Under the pieces are notes generated by a model. It worked only from the letters and a program-made list of their open reading frames with translations. It did not search any database and was not told the DNA's origin. A stretch of DNA of 62,907 bases, the filler included, from Chiloscyllium plagiosum (Eukaryota), in assembly GCF_004010195.1 (NCBI RefSeq). It is 4 parts of one record of this genome, joined end to end, with 100 filler letters (N's around TTAATTAATTAA, not from the genome) between each part and the next. Parts side by side here need not be neighbours in the genome. Positions count along the whole stretch, not along the records: positions 1 to 16,977 come from NC_057713.1; positions 17,078 to 36,948 come from NC_057713.1; 2 more parts are not named here. One strand, 5' to 3'. This document shows, piece after piece, positions 11,830-23,699 of the stretch. The translations under genes and the position numbers were made by a program. How positions within the stretch are numbered: position 1 is the stretch's first letter; every line of letters begins with the position of its first letter.

Positions 11830-12930
11830 GATAGATGGAGGTGGAGACAGAGCCCAAAAGTTCTGATACTGTTGGGCAGATAAAAGGATAGCTCATGATA
11901 AGTTGGGAGAAAGAAGAGCTCTTTATAGGAATCTTAAGTCAGTGAAAGTGGGGCTGTGCTCAAAGCAGCCGATGTAATGACAGAGCTTGAGGTGGCGGGG
12001 TGGATGAAAATCATCTAAGCAGTGTTGAAGCCTTAAAGTTTTTGAACTTGATATTGAGTCATGAAAGTTGTAAGGACCCCAGGCAGAAAGTAAGATGCTG
12101 TTCTTTCATCTTGTGCTGTGCCGAGGTGGAGTACTGCAGTAGGCCTGAGACAAAAATATTGGCCAGGCAGTATAGCAGTCTGTTGAAGTTGCAGGCAACT
12201 ACAGGTTCCGGATCACTTTTCTGCAAAGAATGTAGGTATTTAATACAGTGGTTGCTCAGTCTTTGTTTTGTCTCCCAACTGTCAAGGAGATCATATTGTG
12301 AGCAGTGAATATAGTAGTCCAGACTGAGTGAGTGAATTACTGATACACCTCTATCTGAATCCTTGGACAGTGAGGAGAACGGGAGGGAAACTGGCAGGTG
12401 TTGCACCTTCTGTAATTGCATGTGAGGTATTGCAAGTGGAGCGGACTCGTGCTTCCCAGAGGGAGCACTCACTGTGAAATACGAATGAGAAAGGGGAAGG
12501 CAATGGGTCACTGTTGATGGCATTCTACCAGAGCTGGTGGAAATGGTAGTTTTTTAATCCTTTTGGATGCGGATCCTGGGGAAAAGGAGCACCAGGGAAC
12601 CCAGTTGATATTGTGAGAGGGAAGCGAAGCCTGTGGGCAGTTCTGCAGGAAATAGGTTGGACATAGCTAAAGGCCCAGCCAGGTAATCCTCAGTTGAGGA
12701 AACAGCTGGCTATTTCTCAGGCCCTATTGTGAAAGGTACCAGTATTAGAACAGATGAAACAGAAAAACTAGGAGACTGGAATGGAATCTTTGCAGGAAGC
12801 TGGGTGTGAGGATGTTTCGTCCAGGTAACTGGGAGTTGGTGGATTTGTCAGGGAGGCCAGACCTGTTATGTTTCTCCAGCAGTTTCTGGCTTTTGTTTCA
12901 GATTTATAGCATTTGCAATTCTTTGGTTTA
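11830..12930 (-). mobile_element. Decayed Penelope-like element (C-terminal/GIY-YIG region) with inverted terminus at about 12850-12930
   Basis: ORF 12059-12523 ends PVVACNFN..FVSGLL..HKMKEQHLTFCLGSLQ, resembling Penelope endonuclease C-termini; a + strand terminus follows. Confidence 0.6.
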
Positions 12931-13977
12931 TTTAAGTAGTGCAGGTCACGAGACTGAATCCAGAGAGCAGGAATTCACCCCCATCTTGACTGTTTGACAA
13001 CTTGGCTTTAGGAGCTCCAAATACAAAAACAGCTTTCAGTGAAAGTTGTCATGTAGCTGCTAGGTAGTTGTCATAATCCACTCGTTCAATGTCATAAAAT
13101 AAAGAAGGTAATTTCCAGCTCGTTTGTACGAGATGTGGCAGATGTATGACTCGAATTCCATTCTCATCCCTTCTGGCAACTAAGAATAGGCAATAAATAT
13201 CAATCCTATAGTGACAATTGTATGTTGTGGTAATGTCACTGGACTGGTAATGCAGCACTTCAGACCAATGTTCTGGGGACTGTGTTCAAAGCCCACCATA
13301 GCAGGTGGTAGAATTTGGAAAAAATTCTGAAATACAAACCTCGTCTATTGGTAACAATGTGACCTTTTTTGATTATCGTTAAAAACCCACAGAAGGTAGT
13401 GAGTGTCTGCCAGAGGTAGTGGTGGAAGCGAAGATGATTTTGCCATTGAAGAAACATTCAGACAGGTAAGTGGATGGGATGGATGTGGACCAAACACAAG
13501 CAAATGGGACTAGTTTAAATTGCGAAACCTGGGCAAATTGGGCCGAAGGGCACGTTTCCATGCAGTTCATCTCTGTGACTCTGTCTCCTGTCCACTTCCA
13601 GTGTAATCTCTCTTCTAATCTTGTCTTCCCGTTTTTCCCCCCTCTCAGTCGAAGCAAAACGCTTAGAGACACTGCATAGTTTTACCTCCTTCATTTGTAT
13701 TCCGGGCCCTGGAGGGAAAGAGAACAATTGCCCATGTACACAGAGACATGAGTTCACTGTCTTCTCTGGAAGAGCAGTTTCTCAATGAATGACATAGCCG
13801 TTTTACAGGGAGGAGCATCCAAATAAGGTAACATACATATTAATTGGGTGACCGTTACAATCAGTGAGCATCAACAATAAAGACGAAGCCATCTGGTGTT
13901 ACACAATGAATGTTAACTGTTACACACCTTGCTAACTGGCTTCACATAATGAATACTTTTCACCTTGTTAACTGTTT

Positions 13978-14295
13978 CGGGCGGCACGGTGGCTCAGTGT
14001 TGGCACTGCTGCCTCACAGCGCTATGGACCCGGGTTCGATTTTAGCCTCTGGCGACTGTCTGTGTGAAGTTTGCACATTCTCCCCATGTCTGCGTGAATT
14101 TCCTCCGGGTGCTCCGGTTTCTTCCCACAGTCCAAAGATGTGCAAGTCAGGTGGATTCATGATGCTAAATTGCCTATAGTGTTAGATGCATTGGTCAGAT
14201 GGAAATGGGTCTGGGTGAGTTAATCTTTGGAGGGTCGACGTGGACTGGTTGGGCCAAGGGGTCTGTTTCCACACTGTAGGAAATCTAATCTAAAC
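13978..14295 (+). mobile_element. HE1/V-SINE-type tRNA-derived SINE, full length
   Basis: A box GGTGGCTCAGTG, B box GGTTCGATT, central TTTGCACATTCTCCCC..CCGGGTGCTCCGGTTTC, (TAATC)n tail. Confidence 0.88.
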
Positions 14296-14341
14296 TCATG
14301 TTACATACTGAATACTACCGAATCTTGTTAAATTATTTTTT

Positions 14342-14535
14342 TTAGATTAGATTACTTACAGTGTGGAAACAGGCCCTTCAGCCCAACAAGTCCACACCGA
14401 CCCGCCGAAGCGCAACCCACCCATTCCCCTACATTTACCCCTTTACCTAACACTACGGGCAATTTAGCATGGCCAATTCACCTGACCTGCACATCTTTGG
14501 ACTGTGGGAGGAAACCGGAGCACCCGGAGGAAACC
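14342..14535 (-). mobile_element. 3' half of an HE1-type SINE
   Basis: TTAGATTAGATTACTTACAGTGTGGAAACAGGCCC is the reverse complement of the SINE tail. Confidence 0.85.
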
Positions 14536-14679
14536 ATTCATTCTACACAATGAATGCTTTTCTACCTTGTTAACCCATTACCCTTGCCTCTCGAACCCGA
14601 TTGTTAACTGCAAGTTCTTATCTGATCTGAGTCATGCTCAGCTGATCCTCTTGTTTCACAAAACTCAAAACTTAACTCT

Positions 14680-15580
14680 TTCCATACCTGCCCATACCTT
14701 ACACACTTTCTCAATCTTATGCCATAACTGATAAAGGCAAGTGTCTTCCTTGGCTTTATTAACTATCCTATTAACTTGTTCTTCCATATTCAGGGATTTG
14801 TGGACAATCACCCAAGTTCCCTCTGTGTCTGTGTTTCTTTGGTGTTCAGCCATTCATGAAGTACTCCTTTATCTTGTTACTCTTTCCAAAATGCATCACC
14901 TTACACTTACCTGGGTTAAATTCCATCTGCCACTGATCTGCCCACTTCACCAAAAATGTTTATATCCTCCTGTAACACAAGACCTTCTTCCTCAATTTCC
15001 TGATTAAACTTCATGTCATCCGCAAGCTTTTTAATCTCTCTCTTAGACTGTTTTCTTCCCTCCCTCCCACAATTCTACCTCCATCTTCTGTTTTCTACAG
15101 GAAAACCAATTTTGGATCCACGAGACAAAATAAATTGCTGGAAAAGCTCACCAGTTCTGTCAGTAACTGCGGAGAGAAATTAGAATTCATACTCCAGGTC
15201 CAATGCTCCTTCCTCTGTTCCAGTCGAACTGAAATGTTAACTCTGCTTTCTTGCGAGAGGTGCTGCCAGACCTGCTGAGCTTTTCCAGCAATTTCTGTTT
15301 TCGTTTCTGATTCACAGCATCTGCAGTTCTTTTGATTTGTTTGGATCCAAGTTACCCTGGATACCATGTGCTTTTGACCTTCTTTCAGTCTCATAGTAGG
15401 ACCTTGACACAGGTTTTGTTGAAATCCATTATGAACTCCATCAACTGCATGATTCACATCTACACATCTGGTTTCAGCCTCAAAAGATGGTATCATGATT
15501 TCCCTCTGACAAAGCCATCCTGACTATCCCTGATGAAATCTTGCCTCACCAACTGGAGATTAATTCTGTCCTTCAGTTAT
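14680..15580 (-). mobile_element. Old CR1 RT fragment, interrupted at 15121-15339
   Basis: Recognisable AAATTCCATCTGCCAC (WQMEFN) and TCATCCGCAA (FADD) motifs. Confidence 0.6.
15121..15339. mobile_element. Fold-back Penelope-terminus mini-element with 10-bp TSD
   Basis: Arms AAATTGCTGGAAAAGCTCA and TGAGCTTTTCCAGCAATTT; TTTGGATCCA at 15111-15120 and 15340-15349. Confidence 0.7.
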
Positions 15581-16745
15581 TTGCTTCAGTTGTATTGGAG
15601 CTTAGTTGGACTGCTTCTGGAGTGTTACTTGCAGCTTTGATCACCTTAACTCTGGAAAGATGATAATGTCATAGACCAAGTACAATGAAGTTTGGACTTA
15701 TTCCTAAGATGGAGTCTGTCTTATGAGGAGCGATTGGACAAACTGGGTCTGTGTATTCTCTTGAGCTTTGAAGAATCAGAAATGGTCTCATTGAACCCAG
15801 TAAAATACTTTCAAGGTATAGACAGAATAGATGCAGGAAAATGTTCCTCCCTATTGGGAAGTCAGAAAATACCCATGATTTAAAAGGAATGAGTGCCACT
15901 TAGGTTTGAGAAGTTTTTTTTTGCCAGAGGCTAGTAAATCTTTGCAATTCGTTACCAGAGAGGCAACTGAAGCTCAGATTTTCAATTTTTCAGTTTCAAG
16001 GCAGAGATTGGCAATCCAAAATCTATCAATGGCATGTAGGGTTTTTGAGTAAAAGACATTTGAAAAGTGAGATCAACTGTGAATTTATTGAATGATATAC
16101 TCTTATTCCAGTGTTCCTGTGGATGCACAGGGCATTGTTCTTTGCAGGTAATAATAACACGTACATATATTGAGCTTGTTTCAACTCATCAAATTATATC
16201 GCTTTATTTTGTTTATTTTCTTGGGGCAGTGCTCTCTCTTTAGAGTCAAATTGCCCGCTTCAAAATTTTAAATGAAGCTTGGCAGCTAACAGTCAATCAT
16301 CATCAATTCAGTGTATTTTCCAGGGCAACGGCTTGACCAAGGCATCAACTTGTAGACCAACTTGCACTCTTGTGCAGTGTAATTGTTCATTTGAACTGTG
16401 AACTGATATTCTTACGAATAGTGCAAGTGATTGTAACAAGAAAGGTTGAGACAAAATATCCTTTTTCTGCAATATTCAACGACTACCAAATGTGTATGAA
16501 TGTCAAAGGGATGCTGCTAAGGTCCTCTCTTGTTGGCGCTTGTATGGTTCAAATGTAACTTGCCACTTAACCCACCTAAACTTAAAACATGAAAATATTA
16601 CAAGACGTCAGTTCTACATGCTTGTATACTACTTCAAAGATATGGAAGCAGCAGGATCTCTGCCTCAACTGAAGAAGCTGTACCTCTGTGCCTTTGTACC
16701 TAAGATGGTGCTGTAACAGGCGACTTATAAAGTTTTCATTTGAGT

Positions 16746-16977
16746 AGAACATAGAACATAGAAGAATACAGCGCAGTACAGGCCCTTCGGCCCTCGATGT
16801 TGCGCCGATCCAAGACCACCTAACCTACACTAGCCCACTATCCTCCATATGCCAATCCAATGCCTGCTTAAATGCCCATAATGAGGGAGAGTCCACCACT
16901 GCTACTGGCAGGGCATTCCATGAACTCACGACTCGCTGAGTAAAGAACCTACCCCTAACATCTGCCCTATACCTACC
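16746..16977 (-). mobile_element. CR1 3' end, same subfamily as 10286
   Basis: Near-identical to 10286-10517; cut by a gap. Confidence 0.9.
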
Positions 16978-17077
16978 NNNNNNNNNNNNNNNNNNNNNNN
17001 NNNNNNNNNNNNNNNNNNNNNTTAATTAATTAANNNNNNNNNNNNNNNNNNNNNNNNNNNNNNNNNNNNNNNNNNNN
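16978..17077. other. Artificial 100-bp scaffold joiner
   Basis: 44 N + TTAATTAATTAA + 44 N. Confidence 0.95.
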
Positions 17078-19569
17078 GCCCTCTGCAATATCTCTGACAC
17101 TGGAAACACCAGCAGAGCCCTCCTTAATATTCCCGACACTGGAAGCACCAGCAGAGCCCTCTGCAATATCCCCTACACTGGAAACACCAGCACAGCCATT
17201 TGCAAGATCCCCTACACTAGTAACACCAGCACACCTGTCTGCAATGTCCCCTACAGTGGAAAAACCAGCACAATTCTCTGCAATATTCCCAGACACTGGA
17301 AACAACAGCAGAGCCCTATGCAATATCCTCGACACTGGAAACACCAGCACAGCCCTCTGCAATATCCCTGACACTGGAAACAACAGCAGAGCCCTCTGCA
17401 ATATCCATTTCACTGGAAAAAGCAACACAGCCCATTGCAATATCCGCTACAGTGGAAACACCAGCAGAGCCCTCTGTAATATCCCCTACTCTGCAAACAC
17501 CAGCACAGCACCCTGCAATATCCACTTCACTGGAAACACCAGCAGAGCCCTCTGAAATATCTCCTTCACTGGAAACACCAGCACAGCCGTCTGCAATGTC
17601 CCCTACACTGGAAACACCAGCATAACCCTCAGCCATATCACCAACGCTAGAAACACCAGCAGAGCCCTCTGCAATATCCCCTACACTGGAAATACCAGCA
17701 GAGCCCTCTGCAATATCCCCTACACTGGAAACACCTGCAGGCCCTTTGCAATATCCCCTACGCTGAAAACACCAGCAGGGCCCTCTGCAATATCCCTGAC
17801 ACTGGAATCACCAGCACAACCCTCTGCAATATCCCGTAAACTGGAAACACCAGCACAACCCTCTGCAATATCCCTGACAGCGGAAAAACCAGCACAGCCC
17901 TCTGCAATATCCAGCAGAGCTCCCTGCAATGTTCCCTAAACCGGAAATACCAGCAGAGCCCTCTGCAATATCTCTGACACTGGAAACACCAGCAGAGCCC
18001 TCCACAATATTCCCGACACTGGAATCACCAGCAGAGCCCTCTGCAATATTCCCGACACTGGAATCACCAGCAGAGCCCTCTGCAATATCCCCGACACTGG
18101 AAACACCAGCACAGCCCTCTGCAATATCCCTGACACTGGAAACACCAGCACAGCCCTCTGCAACATCCCCGACACTGGAAACACCAGCACACCCTCTGCA
18201 ATATCCCAGACACTGGAACAACAGCAGAACCCTTTGCAATATCCCCTACACTGGAAAAACCATCATAGCCCTCTGCAATATCCCCTACACTGGAAACACC
18301 AGCACAGCCCTCTGCAACATCCCCGACACTGTAAACACCAGCACAGCCCTCTGCAATATCCCCGATACTGGAAACACCAGCAGAACCGTTTGCAATATCC
18401 CCGACACTGGAAAAACCATCACAGCCCTCTGCAATATCCCTGACACTGGAAAAACCAGCAGAGCTCTCTGCAATGTTCCCTAAACCGGAAACACCAGCAG
18501 AGCCCTCTGCAATATCTCTGACACTGGAAACACCAGCAGAGCCCTCCTCAATATTCCCGATACTGGAAACGCCAGCATAACCCTCTGCCATATCCCCAAT
18601 GCTAGAAACACCAGCAGAGCCCTCTGCAACATCCCCTACACTGGAAATACCAGCATAGCCCTCTGCAATATCCCCTACACTGGAAACACCTGAAGGGCCC
18701 TTTGCAATATCCCCTACACTGAAAACACCAGCAGGGCCCTCTGCAATATCCCCGACACTGGAATCACCAGCAGAACCCTCTGCAATATCCCCAATACTGG
18801 AAACACCAGCACAGCCCTCTGCAATATCCCCGACACTGGAAACACCAGCACAGCCCTCTGCAATATCCCTGACACTGGAAACACCAGCACAGCCCTCTGC
18901 AATATCCCCGACACTGGAAACACCAGCAGAGCCCTCTGCAATATCCCTGACACTGGAAACACCAGCAGAGCCCTCCTTAATATTCCTGACACTGGAAGCA
19001 CCAGCAGAGCCCTCTGCAATATCCCCTACACTGGAAACACCAGCACAGCCCTCCTCAATATTCCCGACACTGGAAACACCAGCAGAGCCCTCAGCAATAT
19101 CCCCTACACTGGAAACACCAGCACAGCCATTTGCAAGATCCCCTACACTAGAAACACCAGCACACCTGTCTGCAATGTCCCCTACAGTGGAAAAACCAGC
19201 ACAGCCCTCTGCAATATTCCCAGACACTGGAAACACCAGCAGAGCCCTATGCAATATCCTCGACACTGGAAACACCAGCACAGCCCTCTGCAATATCCCT
19301 GACACTGGAAACACCAGCACAGTCGTCTGCAATATCCCCTACACTGGAAACACCAGCAGAGTCCTCTGCAATATCCATTTCACTGGAAAAAGCAACACAG
19401 CCCTTTGCAATATCCGCTACAGTAGAAACACCAGCAGAGCCCTCTGTAATATCCCCTACTCTGCAAACACCAGCACAGCACCCTGCAATATCCACTTCAC
19501 TGGAAACACCAGCACAACACTCTGAAATATCTCCTTCACTGGAAACACCAGCAGAACCCTTTGCAATAT
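17078..19569. repeat. 39-bp minisatellite, about 64 units, gap on both sides
   Basis: Consensus GCCCTCTGCAATATCCCCTACACTGGAAACACCAGCAGA. Confidence 0.97.
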
Positions 19570-20069
19570 NNNNNNNNNNNNNNNNNNNNNNNNNNNNNNN
19601 NNNNNNNNNNNNNNNNNNNNNNNNNNNNNNNNNNNNNNNNNNNNNNNNNNNNNNNNNNNNNNNNNNNNNNNNNNNNNNNNNNNNNNNNNNNNNNNNNNNN
19701 NNNNNNNNNNNNNNNNNNNNNNNNNNNNNNNNNNNNNNNNNNNNNNNNNNNNNNNNNNNNNNNNNNNNNNNNNNNNNNNNNNNNNNNNNNNNNNNNNNNN
19801 NNNNNNNNNNNNNNNNNNNNNNNNNNNNNNNNNNNNNNNNNNNNNNNNNNNNNNNNNNNNNNNNNNNNNNNNNNNNNNNNNNNNNNNNNNNNNNNNNNNN
19901 NNNNNNNNNNNNNNNNNNNNNNNNNNNNNNNNNNNNNNNNNNNNNNNNNNNNNNNNNNNNNNNNNNNNNNNNNNNNNNNNNNNNNNNNNNNNNNNNNNNN
20001 NNNNNNNNNNNNNNNNNNNNNNNNNNNNNNNNNNNNNNNNNNNNNNNNNNNNNNNNNNNNNNNNNNNNN

Positions 20070-21590
20070 ACCTGTGACAATGAACAATGCAACTATCTCA
20101 GCAAGGGGCCTAGCAATCACTTCCTTAGCTTCCCACAGACCTGATCAGGTCCTGGGGATTTATCCACTTCTATGTATTTCAAGACATCCAGCACTTCCTC
20201 CTCTTTAGTATGGACGTTTTTCAAGATGTCACCATCTATTTCCCTACATTCTATATCTTCCATGTCCTTTTCTACAGTAAACACTGATGCAAAATACTCG
20301 TTTAGTATCTCTCCCCATCTCCTGTGGCTCCACACAAAAGCTGTCTTGCTGATCTTTGAGGGGCCCCATTCTCTCCCTAGTCACCCTTTTGTCTTATTTG
20401 TAAAAACTCTTTGGATTCTTCTGAACTCTATTTGCTAAAGCTATCTCATGTCCCCTTTTTGCCCTCCTGATTTCCCTCTTAAGTATACTCCTACTGCCTT
20501 TATACTCTTCTAAGGATTCATTCGATCTATCCAGTCTATACCAGACATATGCTTCCTTCTTTCTCTATACCAAACCCTCAATTTCTTTGGTCATCTAGCA
20601 TTCCCTACACCTACCAGCCTTTCCTTTCACCCTGACAGGAATATACTTTCTCTGGATTGTCGTTATCTCATTTCTGAAGGCTTCCCATTTTCCAGCTGCC
20701 CCTTCACCTGCGAACATCTGCCCCCAATCAGCTTTTGAAAGTTCTTGCCTAATACCGTCAAAATTGGCCTTTCTCCAATTTAGAACTTCAACTTTTAGAT
20801 CTGGTCTATCCTTTTCCATCACTATTTTAAATCTAAAAGAATTATGGTTGCCGGTCCCAAAGTGCACCCCCACTGACATCTCAGTCACCTGCCCTGCCTT
20901 ATTTCCCAAGAGTAGATCAAGTTTTGCACCTTCTCTAGTAGGTACATCCACATACTGAATCAGAAAATTGTTTTGTACACACTTAACAAATTCCTCTCCA
21001 TCTAAACCTTTAACACTATGGCAGTCCCAGTCTGTATTTGGAAAGTTAAAATCCCCTACCATAACCACCCTATTATTCTTACAGATAGCTGAGATCTCCT
21101 TACAAATTTGTTTCTCAATTTCACTCTGACTATTAGGTGGTCTATAGTACAATCCCAATAAGGTGATGACCCCTTTCTTATTTCTCAGTTCCACCCAAAT
21201 AACTTCCCTGGATGTATTTCCGGGAATGTCCTCCCTCAGTATAGCTATAATGCTATCCCTTATCAAAAATGCCACTCCCCCTCCTCTCTTGCCTCCCTTT
21301 CTATCCTTCCTGTAGCATTTGTATTCTGGAACATTAAGCTGCCAGTCCTGTTCATCCCTGAGCCATGTTTCTGTAATTGCGATGATATCCCAATCCCATG
21401 TTCCTAACCATGCCCTGACTTCATCAGCCTTCCTCGTTAGGTCCCATGCATTGAAATAAATGCAGTTTAATTTGTCAGTGCTACCTTAGTCTTTGCTTTG
21501 TCCCTTCCTGCCCTGACTGTTTGACTCGCTTTTGTTCTTAACTGTACCAGTCTCAGATTGATCTCTTTCCTTACTCCATCTCTGGGATGT
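20070..21590 (-). mobile_element. CR1 LINE ORF2 5' region, APE endonuclease and linker
   Basis: ORF 20595-21275: GLYYRPPN, VMVGDFNFP, PTREGAKLDLLL, GNHN (SDH equivalent). Confidence 0.92.
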
Positions 21591-22179
21591 GATCTACCTC
21601 CAATGATTGTGGCCTGCTGTCACTGGCTATTCTAAAGTATTATTTTCATTCACCTGTCCAAAGACATTTTCCATGTTGATGCACCCTTGGTGTCTCCTGC
21701 CTGTCTCAGTAACATTCTCCGTCCCTCCCGTGGTATTGCTGAGGCTTCAGACCTGCCAGTCCCCTGATTGGACCAGTAACGTGGAGAACCCATCCACTTT
21801 CATTGGACATGCCCACGGCCTCTTGATATAAAACCCCAGAGCTAGACCTGCCCTCGGCAAATGTCAGCATTAGCCCTGATTCCCACTGTTGCACTGAGCC
21901 ACCACAACCTGTGGTAATACTCAACACTTTGCATCTGTTTTAATTTTTTTTGTTATTATATAAATGACGATGTGACCTCAAAGTTGAAATGCAAAGTAAA
22001 ATATCAACATTTTCTGGTGATATAAAACTTGAGGGTGGGGCAGACAGTGAGGATAGGATCAGCACCTGTAACAAGACAGAGATAGGTAAACAGAATGTGC
22101 CGATAAGAGGGAAATGGTGTGGTACACAAAAAAGTGGGAAATAGTGAATTTTTGCAGAAAGGAGAGGGTGAGAAAATAC

Positions 22180-22920
22180 AAACTAAATACAGTCTAAACT
22201 AAATACAGCCTAAACTAAACACAGACTAAAGTTGAAAAATGTAGTGCTGGAAAAACACAGCAGGCCAGGCAGCATCCGAGGAGCAGGAGAATCGACGTTT
22301 CGGGCATAAGTCCTTTTTTAGTTTAGACTGTCTTTAGTCTGTCTTTTGGTCTGCATTTAGTCTGTCTTTAGTCTGTCTTCCGTTTAGTCTGTCTTTAGTC
22401 TGTATTTAGTCTGTCTTTAGTCTGTCTTGATTCCTGAAGAAGAGTTTATGCCCGAAACGTCGATTCTCCTGCTCCTCGGATGCTGCCTGGCCTGCTGTGT
22501 TTTTCCAGCACCACATTTTTCAACTTTAGTCTGTCTTTAGTCTGTGTTTAGTTTAGGCTGTATTCAGTTTTTCCTCACTACATTTTTCCTCCACCACATT
22601 TTTCAACTCTGGTACTCCAGCATCTGCAGTCCTCACTTTCTCCTAAAGACAGACTAAACTAAAGACAGACTAAACTGAAGACTAAAGACATACTAAAGAC
22701 AGACTGAAGACAGACTAAAGACATACTAAAGACAGACTAAACTGAAGACAGACTAAAGACAGACTAAATGCAGACCTAAAGACAGACTAAAGACAGACTA
22801 AACTAACTACAGACTAAAGACAAATTAAATACAGATTAAATGCAGACCAAAAGGCAGACTAAAGACAGTCTAAACTAAAGAAGGACAAACAACAGACTAA
22901 ACTAAAGACAGACTAAATGA
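22180..22920. repeat. ~11-bp (AAAGACAGACT)-type tandem repeat in both orientations, interleaved with a fold-back Penelope terminus
   Basis: Forward arrays 22180-22228 and 22645-22920; reverse arrays 22316-22428 and 22526-22570. Confidence 0.9.
22228..22644. mobile_element. Fold-back Penelope-terminus element with hammerhead core
   Basis: Arms 22228-22312 and 22445-22528 are near-perfect inverted copies; CTGAAGA-A-GAGT ttat GCCC-GAAAC-GTC at about 22434-22461. Confidence 0.8.
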
Positions 22921-23256
22921 CAGAGTTCTAACGAATGAACAAGAACAGCCTGACCTGAGGTGGAGATGTAAAGATGTTTGAAGACAGCAACAAGTCATGT
23001 TGCGAGAGTCATTAGTGAAGCCTATGGGACCTTGGTCTTGGTAAATCAAGTATTGATTATGTACAAAAGTAGGCAAGGTACAAAGCTCCAGTAAGAGCCG
23101 GAGTACTGTGTCCAGTTGTGGTCACCACTTATTTGAGAGAAAGTGAGGGTCCTTGAGAGAGTACATAGGAAATTTACCAGAATAGCTCCAAGGGTGAGGG
23201 ATTTTAGCAACAAGGTTCTTTTTGGGGAAGATGGTAACATAGTAGAAATGTCACTG

Positions 23257-23371
23257 CTGGAAATGTGTTGCTGGAAAAGCGCAGCAGGTCAGGCAGCATC
23301 CAGGGAACAGGAGACCAGCAACACATTTCCAGCTCTGATCTCCAGCATCTGCAGACCTCACTTTCTCCTCA
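23257..23371. mobile_element. 115-bp fold-back Penelope-terminus mini-element with 14-bp TSD
   Basis: CTGGAAATGTGTTGCTGG / CCAGCAACACATTTCCAG arms; TAGAAATGTCACTG at 23243-23256 and 23372-23385. Confidence 0.8.
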
Positions 23372-23699
23372 TAGAAATGTCACTGGACCAGTATCCAGAA
23401 GTTATTGCTCTTGGCATGTGACAACAAGTGGAATTTGAAGTGATTAACAAAAGTTCTGTAAATGAGAGTAGATATCAGTGATGGCATTCATGAATTGTTG
23501 TTAAAAACCCTTACTAACATCTTTGAGGGAAGGAAATCTGTTACCCCTATCTGATCTGTCTGACATGTGACTTGAAACCAAGATCAATGTTGGTGACTCT
23601 TCACTGTCCTCTGAAATGGTCTAGTGTGGACAATTAATGCTGAGCTTGAGCAATGCCCACAGCCCATGAAATAATTAAAAAAAATAGAGAGAGCCTCAT

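Larger units (their letters stand above)
21945..23240 (+). mobile_element. Very old CR1 RT fragment hosting the 22180-22920 repeat complex
   Basis: TATATAAATGAC and TTTTCTGGTGATATAAAA on the left; EYCVQLWSP and LERVHRKFTR on the right. Confidence 0.55.

Noticed and set aside
13610..13835. Possible exon after a polypyrimidine tract (CAG at about 13648, AAG|GTAAC at about 13828)
   Set aside because: The frames I translated hit stops and show no SMARCC similarity; cannot be supported without RNA data.
13978..14050. tRNA genes at SINE heads (also 39321, 44370, 47760, 49183)
   Set aside because: A/B boxes run into SINE bodies and tails, with no clean cloverleaf or terminator.
17022..17033. TTAATTAATTAA as a biological palindrome or piggyBac site
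   Set aside because: Centred in fixed-length N blocks three times; an assembly spacer.
17078..19569. CRISPR array
   Set aside because: Head-to-tail repeats without unique spacers, no cas genes, vertebrate context; the same applies to the 20-bp and 32-bp arrays.
17030..20208. Repeat-protein ORFs such as the 422-aa ORF at 18064-19332
   Set aside because: Produced by the 39-bp unit and N gaps; frameshifts occur in the array and no flanking exon structure is visible.
20595..21275. Domesticated endonuclease gene
   Set aside because: Collinear with broken CR1 ORF2 on both sides, and the SDH motif is altered.
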